This document shows, piece by piece, positions 52,865-62,100 of a DNA stretch of 64,000 nt. Origin of the DNA: Desulfuromonadales bacterium (GTDB taxonomy: Bacteria > Desulfobacterota > Desulfuromonadia > Desulfuromonadales > SZUA-540); the NCBI GenBank assembly GCA_033549025.1, contig JAWSUS010000008.1:1-64000 (forward strand), read 5' to 3'. Each line of letters begins with the position of its first letter. Within the stretch, counting starts at the first letter, position 1. The notes under the pieces were generated by a model. That model worked only from the letters and a program-made list of their open reading frames with translations. It searched no databases and had not been told where the DNA came from. The translations under genes were made by a program, and so were the position numbers.

Positions 52865-53347
52865 TCAAAGCGCGGAGCGGATCGCCTCGCGATAGTTCTG
52901 GAGGATCTGCTCGCGGTACTTCTCCATCACCGGATGCAGAAAGGGTCTGGCGGGGATGATGATGGTCGCGCCGGGATGGTTGATGGTGGCCCCGTACTCC
53001 ATGACGGCACCGATGTTCACCATGTCTTCCCCGTCCTTGTTGACGGTGCCGCGCAGCAGGCCGACGAACGCCTTGTCGGCCATGATCTTCTGGGTGATGG
53101 CGTTGACGAGAAAGCCGGTGTCGATGAGCGCCTTGCTGGAACCTTTGCGCTCGATGGTGCTTGCGGCGAGTTTCACGAAGGCTTGGCCGCCCGGGGCCTG
53201 GGAGCGTATCCCCCGCTGAATCTCGCGCACCAGAAAAAGGGCGTTGCGGATTGTGGCCTGGCGCAAGGCCGTGGCCAGGCGCGGCCCCATGCCGGTGGTC
53301 AGCTTGGCGCGGGCCTTGTCCCAGTCTCCGGTCCGCCTAACGCCCAT
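52865..53347 (-). CDS. Phage virion morphogenesis (Mu gpG-like) tail completion protein
   Basis: LAASTIERKGSSKALIDTG.L, GAVMEYG and IPARPFL motifs. Confidence 0.85.
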   Translation of the reverse strand: MGVRRTGDWDKARAKLTTGMGPRLATALRQATIRNALFLVREIQRGIRSQAPGGQAFVKLAASTIERKGSSKALIDTGFLVNAITQKIMADKAFVGLLRGTVNKDGEDMVNIGAVMEYGATINHPGATIIIPARPFLHPVMEKYREQILQNYREAIRSAL

Positions 53348-53696
53348 TGAGCTTCACCAGTTGCAGGTTCTTGTGGGTGACTGTGCCGAAGAAGTGTTCT
53401 TCTTCCACACTCTGTATGCGATAGGTTTCTCTGTCTGCGGCCAGGCGGTCTTCACCCCGGACGTCGGCATCCGGAAGGACACAGGCGAGCGCGTCGATCT
53501 TGCCGCTCAACTCCTCCGGCGGGGTTTCGTTCAGTTCGAGGGGGATGACAGAAACTTCTGAGTATTCGGCATCGTCGGTGCCGTAGAGCCGCTCGCCGGG
53601 AACCACGCGCAGAACCCGTGCGGTCTGGCCGGAGGAGAGGATCAGCCGGGCGACATCGGCCACGGCTTCGGCGCGTTCCCGGTCATTCAACAACAT
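53337..53696 (-). CDS. Putative head-closure/head-tail joining protein
   Basis: Position in neck block; DVRGEDRL...ETYRIQSV beta-rich motif. Confidence 0.6.
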   Translation of the reverse strand: MLLNDRERAEAVADVARLILSSGQTARVLRVVPGERLYGTDDAEYSEVSVIPLELNETPPEELSGKIDALACVLPDADVRGEDRLAADRETYRIQSVEEEHFFGTVTHKNLQLVKLNGR

Positions 53697-54147
53697 CGAG
53701 ATCGATCCCTTGTTCGTAGATGACCGGCGCAAGTCCGCTCGGAGTCAGGATATAGGCTTCCTGGTCGAGCTGGGTGGCCGGACGCAACTCGGTGAGCCGC
53801 TGCCGGTAGTCAGCGAGCAGATCGGCCTCGAGCTTGGCCCAGTGGCCGGGCTGGCCGGTTTTGTCCACCCTCTTGTCGCCGCTGGAAAAGGAGAAGGCGT
53901 TGGCGGTGGCCGAACGCATGACCTGGCAGGCGTGGATCTGCGCCATGATCACCAGGAGCTCGCGGACCTCGCCGGTGGGATCGGGGGTGATCTCTCCGGC
54001 CGTGATCGTCAGCGATTGGTCGAGGTCGCGGCCGACCCGGAAAACGGCCTTCCGGACGCATCTCTCCAGAGTCTGGTCCTCGAAGAGAGATGCGCCCGGA
54101 TCGGACAGGTCGAGCCGCAGGTCGGCGATCAGGTCACTCAGCAGCAC
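53683..54147 (-). CDS. Putative head-tail adaptor protein
   Basis: Helical LIADLRLDLSD...FED..L and FSFSSGDKRVDK; follows capsid block. Confidence 0.6.
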   Translation of the reverse strand: MLLSDLIADLRLDLSDPGASLFEDQTLERCVRKAVFRVGRDLDQSLTITAGEITPDPTGEVRELLVIMAQIHACQVMRSATANAFSFSSGDKRVDKTGQPGHWAKLEADLLADYRQRLTELRPATQLDQEAYILTPSGLAPVIYEQGIDLDVVE

Positions 54148-54493
54148 CTTGCAGGCCCTCCAGACGGCTCTTGAGCGCGTCGATCACCGTGCGGCGTTTC
54201 TCGGTATCCATGTAGCCTTTGAGGGTCTCCGGATTGGCCTCCTCGTTGACCCTGGAGATGGCGTCGGTGGCGGAGAGCTTGCTCAGGTCCACCGGTTCCG
54301 CGTCCTGGTCGGGCTCTGGAGGGGCGAGCGGTTCCTGTTTCGGTTTGTCGGCCATGGCCAGGCGGCCATTCTTGAGCGCCGCTTGGATCTGCTTGGTGAG
54401 GCGTTCCACCTCGACCACCTGGCCGGGCTTGAGTTTCAGCCCGGCGTCGGGGATCACCAGAACGCCGGGACGGATGTTCTTGATTCGATTCAT
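54134..54493 (-). CDS. Hypothetical phage protein following the major capsid gene
   Basis: LKPGQVVEV N-terminus and C-terminal E.RRTVIDALK.RL helix. Confidence 0.65.
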   Translation of the reverse strand: MNRIKNIRPGVLVIPDAGLKLKPGQVVEVERLTKQIQAALKNGRLAMADKPKQEPLAPPEPDQDAEPVDLSKLSATDAISRVNEEANPETLKGYMDTEKRRTVIDALKSRLEGLQGAAE

Positions 54494-54511
54494 CTCACGT
54501 CACCTCCCGGA

Positions 54512-55375
54512 TTACGGAACCAGTTTGACCTTGGCCATGATGTCGGGGCGGGTAATGCCCTGACCGATCTCGGACCACACCAGCCAGCCGGTCTTGAAGC
54601 GGGTCTTCTGGTCGATGGATTCCGTCTTCAGGTTTTCACGCACCGGCATCTTCCCGACCTCTTCATCCGGGACGATGATGATCTCGTCCAGCGGCATGGA
54701 GGCGGTCAGCAGAATGCCGCCGGTGCCGTAGTTCTTGATGACACCCTTCTGGCGCAGCTCGAGCTTGGTCTGGGGATCGAGGTTCCAGCCGCGCATGTCG
54801 TTGAACCGACGGCCACGCATGACGATGTACTTCACCGACAGCTCCAGGTCCTCGATGATCGAGATGGCCTCGTTCAGTGCCTCTTCGGTGAGCAAATCGC
54901 CGGTGACCTCGATGGTGTTGGCCGCCGGGATGGCCGAGGAGAGCACCGAGATGGTGCGGCGGTCCATCTCCTTGCGGATGGCGTCGGCGGCGCTGGTCTG
55001 GATATCCATCAGCGTGCCGATGTTGCCATTTTTGAGGACGGAAACATCCACCATCGGATTGGAGTGGATGCGGTTGGTTGGGAACTCGACTTCGTCCTTG
55101 CCCACCTCCTGCTCCTGGGCGTCGCCGTCCTTGCTGATCCAGTGGGCCTTGACGGTCGGTTTCTTCTGGTAAACCGGACGTTCGCCCTTGGGCAGCGTGT
55201 GCTTGGTAAGCAGCAGCGAGGAGATCTCCTTGCGCTTGATCTCCTGTTCGATGGGCGCGGCAATGGCGGCGGCAAGCGCCCGCATGCCTTCGGGCGACTC
55301 GAGAGCCTCGCTCATGAGCCGCGCCATGGTTTCCATGTACTCCTGGGAGTGGATCTTCAACTGATTGGTTTTCAT
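54512..55375 (-). CDS. Major capsid protein (HK97-fold)
   Basis: 287 aa; position after protease/scaffold and decoration genes; AADAIRKEMDRRTISVL and terminal EIGQGITRP..MAKV. Confidence 0.75.
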   Translation of the reverse strand: MKTNQLKIHSQEYMETMARLMSEALESPEGMRALAAAIAAPIEQEIKRKEISSLLLTKHTLPKGERPVYQKKPTVKAHWISKDGDAQEQEVGKDEVEFPTNRIHSNPMVDVSVLKNGNIGTLMDIQTSAADAIRKEMDRRTISVLSSAIPAANTIEVTGDLLTEEALNEAISIIEDLELSVKYIVMRGRRFNDMRGWNLDPQTKLELRQKGVIKNYGTGGILLTASMPLDEIIIVPDEEVGKMPVRENLKTESIDQKTRFKTGWLVWSEIGQGITRPDIMAKVKLVP

Positions 55376-55393
55376 GTGCGTTGGCTCCTTGGG

Positions 55394-55756
55394 TTAGACG
55401 AGCAGGCGAAATTTGAGGACGCCGCTCTGTACGGAAATAGCGTGAGCGACCACGTGCTCTCCGGCCGCGACGCCGTTGGTCAGGCGACCGTTCGCCGAAA
55501 CTTTCAGGTCGTCTCCGGCGACGACGGTCCCTTCGAAGGCGTCGGTCTCGTAGACGCCGCCATCGCAGTAGATACCGGGCATTTCGCCACCGGCGTAGTC
55601 CTTGATCAGGATGCCGAAGGAGCGCTTGGTGGGATCGGTGTTGACGGCGAACAGGTCGTCGCCGACCACGCGGACCACCTGGCCGAGCTGGCCGTCGCCC
55701 TGGATGTGGCCGTCGCCATAGGCGAGGCTGCGGTGACACGGATTGATAAATGACAT
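55394..55756 (-). CDS. Capsid decoration/cement protein
   Basis: 120-aa Gly-rich beta protein (GGVYETD..F..AGDDLKVSANGRLT) between scaffold and capsid. Confidence 0.65.
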   Translation of the reverse strand: MSFINPCHRSLAYGDGHIQGDGQLGQVVRVVGDDLFAVNTDPTKRSFGILIKDYAGGEMPGIYCDGGVYETDAFEGTVVAGDDLKVSANGRLTNGVAAGEHVVAHAISVQSGVLKFRLLV

Positions 55757-55768
55757 GGTGTTTCCTCC

Positions 55769-56344
55769 TTATGCGTTGATTTCCGAGTGTTCGGGAGAGT
55801 CCTCGCCGACACGGTTGCGGTAAGCGGCCATGAACCCGTCGCGCAAGCGGTCCTCGAGCGACACCTTGCGGTCGTCCACATCGTGGGGCCGGACACCGGC
55901 GTCGCTGCGCAGCGGGGTTTCCGTCGATGCCTTGGCGGCGGGCTTGCCGCCCTGGTCGCTGTCGGCGGGTTTCTCTTCCTTGTCCTTGTCCGCTTTGGCC
56001 GACTTGGGCAGGCGCTCGTAAGCGGCCTCGGTGGCGGCGAAGGCTTCGTCGGACAGTTCGGCCAGGCGTTTCAGCTCGGCTTCCCGGTCCTCCTCGGAAG
56101 CGAAGGAGAGTCCCTGCTTCTCCAGACGGGTGAGCAGCTTCTTAGCCCGGGAGCGGCAGGCGGCCGCCTTTTGTTCGGCTTCCAGTTCCTGGACGCGTTT
56201 CTGCAGCTCGGCGACCTGGGCCTTGAGCTGCCGGTTTTCCTTTTCCAGGTCGGTAACACGGGCAGGATCGCCTTCCTGCTGGGCCGGTTTCTTCTTGGCC
56301 GCTTCGACGGCCTGGTCATCGGTGGGTTTGGTTTTGTCTTCCAT
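55769..56344 (-). CDS. Putative nested scaffolding protein (in-frame internal start)
   Basis: GAAGGAG-attccacg-ATG at 56344 (MEDKTKP) begins a charged coiled-coil 191-aa C-terminal region. Confidence 0.55.
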   Translation of the reverse strand: MEDKTKPTDDQAVEAAKKKPAQQEGDPARVTDLEKENRQLKAQVAELQKRVQELEAEQKAAACRSRAKKLLTRLEKQGLSFASEEDREAELKRLAELSDEAFAATEAAYERLPKSAKADKDKEEKPADSDQGGKPAAKASTETPLRSDAGVRPHDVDDRKVSLEDRLRDGFMAAYRNRVGEDSPEHSEINA

Positions 56345-58165
56345 CGTGGAATCTCCTTCGGGTTGGGATTGGTCGGGCTGGCTCTGAAGGGACGCCACCT
56401 GCAGAATCCTGGCGTTCTCGTCCGCGCCTTTGCGGTCGAGCAGTCCCAGTCCGGTGAAAGTGACGCCGTGCAGAATCTCGAAAACGGGTTGGCCATTGAA
56501 ATCACGGCCCTTGAATTTGCGCAGGTGGGTGCAGTAGTCGGCCTTGTTCTGGAAGCGCTTGTGGCAGACCGAGCATTCGCCTTCCTGGTAGTCGCACTCC
56601 ATGGAGACCTGGGAGATGATCCCGCGCTTCATCAGCTTGTAGGCCAGCCGGGCGGCCGGGGTGTCGTGGACGTACAGCTCGCCGACGCATTCCACGCGGC
56701 CGCCGTTGTCGTCCTCCAGGTAGTCGGCGGCGACGATGCCACCGACGATGTCGTTGAACTCCTGCGAATGCTGCAGATCGACCTTCTTGTTCACGGCCGT
56801 CATGTGCCGACCGGACAACTCCTCGGCGGTGAAGTGGTCGCCGTTCTTGTTGGTCCCTGTGCGGCAGAGCACGAAGCTGAACTGGGGGTCGCCCGCCGAT
56901 CCGACATCCATGGCCTCGGTCGCGAGGCGTTCACCATCGCCCAGCCGGATGTCCACGGGGATGCTGGTGTGGAAGTTCGCGGCGGCGGCCATCGGAACGG
57001 GTTTCTCCTCCCGCTCGGCGCTGGCCTTGGTCCCGGGAGCACAGACAAACAGACGCTCCTTGGCGTTGGAAGCCTCGCCGTGCTTGGAGGTGATGGCGTA
57101 GTGGTGATCCTTGGACTTCATCCGGCTCTGTTTGCCGAAGGAGCCGATGATCCGCTTCATCTCCTGCTCGTTGGGATAGGCGTGATCGCGGTAGGAAATC
57201 AGCCAGTGCGGAATGTGTTTGGCATTGCCGAGAAAGGTCTGGAAGAATTCGCTGGCGTTGGCCTTGGTGACGGTCTTGTGGTCGGTCTCGTAATACTTGA
57301 CCTTGGTGTCGGCCTTGATTTCGAGCCCTTCCCAATAGGTCATGAGCCCCTCCACGAAGTGGTAGGCCCGCTCGTAGTTGGTGGTCGAAAACTCGGTGGC
57401 GTAGGGCGGATCGAAGTAGGCCAGATCCGCCTTGGCTTTCGGCAGCAGGTCGTTGATGTCCTGCCGGTGGGCCTTGTTCTCCTTGTCGTTGTCGAAGACC
57501 AGGGCGTTGATGCGCTGCAGGTTCTTGCGCAGACGATCCTTGAACTCGTCGGGGGTGTCCTGGCGGCGGCCATAGTCGGTGGACGACGAGAAGTGGCCGA
57601 AGCCGCCTTTGCCACTCATGCAGGTCTTGCCGAGACCGAACAGGGCGATGTCTTTCTTAAAGCCGGAGAGCTTGTCGCAGTTGGCGCGGATGGTGTCGAT
57701 CAGCGCATGGACGCCCTTGGCGAAGAAAATGCCCTTGAAGTTGTCCTGAACGAAGCTGCCCGCCTTGGCGTTGTCGGCCAGGAGTGCCTCGATCTCGTCC
57801 TCGCTCAGGCGAACCGAGTTATTCTCGATGATCGCCTTGGCGGCGTGGTGGCAGTAGCGGAGCCGGTCGTTGGCGATGACCTGGAGGCCCTTGGTCTTGT
57901 ACATGTAGGCCACGACCGCAGACCCCGAAAAGGCGTCGAGCACGGTGCAAACGCCTTCCGGGGTATGCTTCCAGATCCAGTCGACGAGCTTCTGCTTACT
58001 GCCGATGTAGTTGGTGATGTACTTGGGGCGTTTCTCGGGAGGGAGCTCTTCAGGAGCGGACTGTTCGGCGGCCTCGGTCCCAAGCGCATCGGGATCGAGA
58101 GTCAGCGCCGCATCGGCCTCCAGTAGAAACGCCAGCCTTTCCAGGTCTGTGGCGAACAGTTCCAT
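55769..58165 (-). CDS. Fusion: DNA adenine methyltransferase (D12 class) + prohead protease-like + scaffold
   Basis: NYIGSKQKL, DAFSGSAVV, AND and YFDPPY; then NKNGDHF, DLQH, VSMEC, CSVC/YCTH and F.GLGLL...AD; then coiled coil. Confidence 0.85.
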   Translation of the reverse strand: MELFATDLERLAFLLEADAALTLDPDALGTEAAEQSAPEELPPEKRPKYITNYIGSKQKLVDWIWKHTPEGVCTVLDAFSGSAVVAYMYKTKGLQVIANDRLRYCHHAAKAIIENNSVRLSEDEIEALLADNAKAGSFVQDNFKGIFFAKGVHALIDTIRANCDKLSGFKKDIALFGLGKTCMSGKGGFGHFSSSTDYGRRQDTPDEFKDRLRKNLQRINALVFDNDKENKAHRQDINDLLPKAKADLAYFDPPYATEFSTTNYERAYHFVEGLMTYWEGLEIKADTKVKYYETDHKTVTKANASEFFQTFLGNAKHIPHWLISYRDHAYPNEQEMKRIIGSFGKQSRMKSKDHHYAITSKHGEASNAKERLFVCAPGTKASAEREEKPVPMAAAANFHTSIPVDIRLGDGERLATEAMDVGSAGDPQFSFVLCRTGTNKNGDHFTAEELSGRHMTAVNKKVDLQHSQEFNDIVGGIVAADYLEDDNGGRVECVGELYVHDTPAARLAYKLMKRGIISQVSMECDYQEGECSVCHKRFQNKADYCTHLRKFKGRDFNGQPVFEILHGVTFTGLGLLDRKGADENARILQVASLQSQPDQSQPEGDSTMEDKTKPTDDQAVEAAKKKPAQQEGDPARVTDLEKENRQLKAQVAELQKRVQELEAEQKAAACRSRAKKLLTRLEKQGLSFASEEDREAELKRLAELSDEAFAATEAAYERLPKSAKADKDKEEKPADSDQGGKPAAKASTETPLRSDAGVRPHDVDDRKVSLEDRLRDGFMAAYRNRVGEDSPEHSEINA

Positions 58166-58221
58166 CAACGTCTCCGGTCAGTTTGCTGTGCTCTCCGCGA
58201 CCTGCGGGGAGCGTTCAGCGG

Positions 58222-58255
58222 TTACTTACCGGAAGCGTCGGCGATGTGTCGGAGG
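58222..58255 (-). promoter_or_regulatory. Conserved bipartite motif copy 4
   Basis: + strand TTACTTACCGGAAG-cgtcggc-GATGTGTCGGAGG, upstream of the MTase-protease/capsid block. Confidence 0.75.
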
Positions 58256-58268
58256 GTGACGGTGAATT

Positions 58269-58622
58269 TCAGCGGGCGGGGTTCAGCCGGGCCAGAACGG
58301 CCTTACCGCAGGCGTCGATGGAGGGGTATTCGTCGGTCTCGGCGATCTCGGAAAAGACCCCGTCGTAGGGAGAGCGGGACAGTCGGTGGTATTCGAGAAA
58401 ATCCGCCGGAAGCGAGGTGGCCCCGGCCTCGACCAGACGGTTGACCACCCAGGCAGCCTCATCCTTGCGGTCGGCAAGCCCGTTCGGTCCCCGGTCAAGG
58501 TAGTACATCTCCACATCCAGACCGGGACCCGGTCCCTGAACCCAGACGCCCACGGGCACGTATTCCGACACGGTGGCTTGCCGGTCGGCGAGTATCGAGT
58601 CGATCATATAGCGCAGTTTCAT
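58269..58622 (-). CDS. Small protein resembling DUF3037; candidate immunity protein
   Basis: 117 aa; ATGA overlap with the upstream gene; LRYMID...EYVPVGVWV and FLEY....SP...VFS.I...........L.RL. Confidence 0.6.
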   Translation of the reverse strand: MKLRYMIDSILADRQATVSEYVPVGVWVQGPGPGLDVEMYYLDRGPNGLADRKDEAAWVVNRLVEAGATSLPADFLEYHRLSRSPYDGVFSEIAETDEYPSIDACGKAVLARLNPAR

Positions 58623-59131
58623 GACCAGTCCTCTGCGATCCGGAGATGTTCGGCCAGAAGCTGGTCGTCGATCCGGCGGAATCTCTCGGCGTTCTTCTTC
58701 CTGTAGGAGATCCAGCGTTGCCAATCCGCCGCGAGTTCGGGCTCCGAGACCGGCTCGATCATTTCGACATGGTGAATGCGGCCCAGGTCGTCGGTCAGAT
58801 CGACAATCAGCCACCCTTCGGCCGTCTTACCGTCATGTTCGGCTGTCAGTGTGTCTTCGACCCGGACATCCACCACCTTGACGGTGTGGGCGTGCTGGAA
58901 GCCCTCGTCGTAGCCGAGCGCCTTCCACAACAGCCAGAAATCGGTGCGCAGATGGTTGCCAGCGGCGTCGAAATGGGGGGCGATCCGGGTGACGGTGAAG
59001 CTGTCCACCAGGGTATCCAGAAAGAGATCCCCGGATTCTCTGACCGTCATGCGGCTGCCCCGGCTGTTGAACCAGTGCAGCGATTCTTGCAGCCGCCGTT
59101 TTTCCTGCTCGATAAAGTCCTTCATGGTCAT
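58619..59131 (-). CDS. Hypothetical acidic protein; candidate immunity protein
   Basis: 170 aa; ATG at 59131 overlaps the MuF TGA (ATGA). Confidence 0.7.
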   Translation of the reverse strand: MTMKDFIEQEKRRLQESLHWFNSRGSRMTVRESGDLFLDTLVDSFTVTRIAPHFDAAGNHLRTDFWLLWKALGYDEGFQHAHTVKVVDVRVEDTLTAEHDGKTAEGWLIVDLTDDLGRIHHVEMIEPVSEPELAADWQRWISYRKKNAERFRRIDDQLLAEHLRIAEDWS

Positions 59132-62100
59132 TGTTTGCGTTTGCTCCAGCTTTGCGGGGTATGGACGATGTCCTCCACCTTGCGCCCGTCGGGCAGTTTC
59201 TTGATGCCGCGCCGGGTGAAACTCTGGATGATCTCCCGGCGTTCGTTGTCGCTTCTGGCCACGATGAACTCGATGTTGTCCAGTAGCGTCACCGAGTATT
59301 TGAAGATGGTCTCGTTGCCATGGCGCTGCGAGAACCGCTTCCAATCATCGATGCTGGCTCCCCGGTTGCGCTGCACGTAGTCGTCAATCACCTTGCCGTA
59401 GGCGTCATGGTCATAGCTGATGGCGTCCATGCGCCGCAGCATCTGTTTCTTGAAGTAGAGGGCCGGTGAGGCGTCGCTGGCCGGTTGCTTCTTGATTCGG
59501 GTGAAGAAATAGCTCGCGCCGCCGGTCTGCATGTCGGCCACCGGGGACATTCCGCCCGGAGCCACGCCCATGCGCATCTTCTCGACCGTGCTGACCATGG
59601 CTCCGTTGTTCTCCATGATCAAGTCGATGAAGCCGGACATGCTCTCGCCGTTGGTCAGATCGTGGACCAGCGAATAGCCCTTCATCTGTTTTTCCAGCTC
59701 CTCATCGGTGATGTCGAACCGGAACTGGTGCCGGTATCCGCCCTTGGCGTCGCGGTCCAGAAAACCCGCCTGGTATTCGCCCAGCGGGTTGTATCCGGAA
59801 AGCTGGGTGATGTCCTGAACTCCCAGTTCCTTTTGCCAATAGCCGCGCAGAGCCTGGACCCGCTCGGTGGTGGTGGCATTGCGGTCGTCGAGGGATTTCT
59901 GCAGTCGTTTGTAGTCGGCGCTCTTGTCGGTCTTGCGGATGTAGGCGAGCTTTTCGAGATACATCTGCTCGGCGTTTTCCGCCGTGGCCACCCGGGTATC
60001 GATCCCAAGCTGTTCGAGCTTTTCCAGCATCGCCTCGACCCGTCCAGGGGTGGCGTCGCCGTCCAGGATCATTTCCAGCTCGCCGCGCTGGGCATAGAGG
60101 TTGGTGTCGGACCAGGGGCGATAGCGGACCCGGGTGCCGTCCTCGAAGGTGACGGTGTACTGGTGCCCGTCCTGCATGCGGGAGTTGTGATTGAACAGCG
60201 TCCGGTTGTCGATGTCGTCGGCCTCGACGGTAATGGTGCCGGACCCGATCCTGCGCTTGGTATGGGTCACCTTGCCACGTTCCACCTTGAACGGCGGTTT
60301 CTCCTTGGGTTTCTGCGCGTCGAGCTTGGGCAAGTACTGATCGAATACGCCGTTGGTGGCCCGGTCCCAGTCGACGGACTCTTCGATCTCCTTGACCCAT
60401 TTCAGATAGTGGTCCGCCATCTCCTTGACCTTGGGGTCGGCGCTCTTTTGCAGGGTCTCCAGTTTCTTGCGCAGGCGCAGGGCCTTGTCGATCTTGGTCC
60501 GGTTGTACTTGCCGTCGCCCACGTGGAAGTTGACGTTTTTGACGGCGTCCAGAATCGTCGGAAAGAAGCTGTCTTCGACCAGCGGTTGTCCCTTTTCCCC
60601 GGCCGCCGTCTGCACATACCTGCGCAGCACCTCGTCGATGCGGCGATCAGTGTCCGGCCGGATCTTCATCTTGACCACGGTGCGCTTCTTCCCCTTGAAG
60701 CTCTCGGTGAAGATCAGCGCGTTCTGGTCCTCCACGTCGCCGCTGTCGAAGGGCAGCGTCTTGCCCTGCCAGCCGAGTTTGCGGGCCTCCTCGACCAGGG
60801 TCTCTTCGGCGGAGGAGAGCAACTTTTTCTTCCCGGTGGCGGCGCTCAGCTTGTCGAAACGGAAGCCCCGATCCCCCAGCACATCGGCGTAATAGCCTTC
60901 GAAGTCCCGCCTGAGATTGTGTTTCCGCTCCAAGACCAGATCATAGAAATGCCGCAGCCCGGCCGGGTCCTTGGAAAACCGTCCCTCGGCGTAGGGCCGC
61001 AGCAGATCGAGGTAATCCTCGTCGGCGATCTTTTCGACTTCCTGGATGTAGCGAAAGGTCGGGTTCGGATCGACCCGTACCTTCCCTTCCTTGGCCGCCC
61101 GGAAGACCTTGTTGTAAAACGGCTCTTCCTCGCCGCAGACACCGTTGGGGTGATAGTCGAGCGAGAGCTTGTCCTGCCCCAGAAACTTGAATGCCTGGCC
61201 TTTGTCGATGCCGTAGACGCGACCGTCCCGGGCGCGGATGAACTGCTTGGAATGTCCGTCGTGGTTGGCGATCAGCCAGTCGACCACATGCTCGCGCTGG
61301 ATCTGCTCCAGTTCGATGGTGGTCAGATCCTGGGGCAGGATGTTGCGAAAATCGAAGTCGTCCCGCAGATCGGTGCGCCATTTCTGGATGGAGCCGGTGC
61401 GGCCGTTCAATTGGATGGTGCGCACCTCGATGGAATGGGGGTCGATCAGGCGGCCAATCTTGTAGGCTGCTTCCTCTCCGAAGGCGATGAACTCATCGTC
61501 CTTGCGGCCAACGGGCTTGAACAGCCATTTGTCGCCGTTTTCGTCGGTCCAGAACTCCTTTTCATGTGCGCCGCCGACAGCGGCCTTGCCGGTTTTCTTG
61601 AATTTTGACGGCAGACCTTTCTGCTGCCACGCTGAATCGACTGTGGCGAACTCCGCGCCTTTCTTGCCGATCTTGGCCTCGGGCGGCTTGACCGGGCTCG
61701 GCTGTGGAGCCGGTTTCGGCGGATCTTTCTTCGGCGTGGCGGGCTTGGCAGGAGCGGTTTTCTTCTTGCCGCCATGCTTTTCGGCCCAGGCGGCGTGCTT
61801 GGTGTCGATGCTGGCCTGAACCGCCTTGATTTTCGCGGGATCGGTCTCGGTGAAGAGCGTGGTCAGCTCGTCTTTGTTGGCCCACTGCCAATACTGGACC
61901 TTGGTCTCCTTGGCGAGCGTCTTGAGTTCCGTCGATTTCAGCTTGCCGACCTGGTCCTGGAAGAGCTGTTTCTTGAGGGCGATTTCCTTGCTGTGGGCTG
62001 CAAGCAGATCCTGGGGCAGATCGGTGCCGCCGGAAACCGCCTGTTCCGCCTTGGCAATCGCGTCGAGGAAATCCTTGTAGCCGGTTGGCGTGTCGGGAAC

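Noticed and set aside
37414..58255. Four-copy 34-bp motif as a CRISPR array or REP family
   Set aside because: Copies are 5-8 kb apart, not palindromic, have no spacer array and no cas genes; they are oriented upstream of genes
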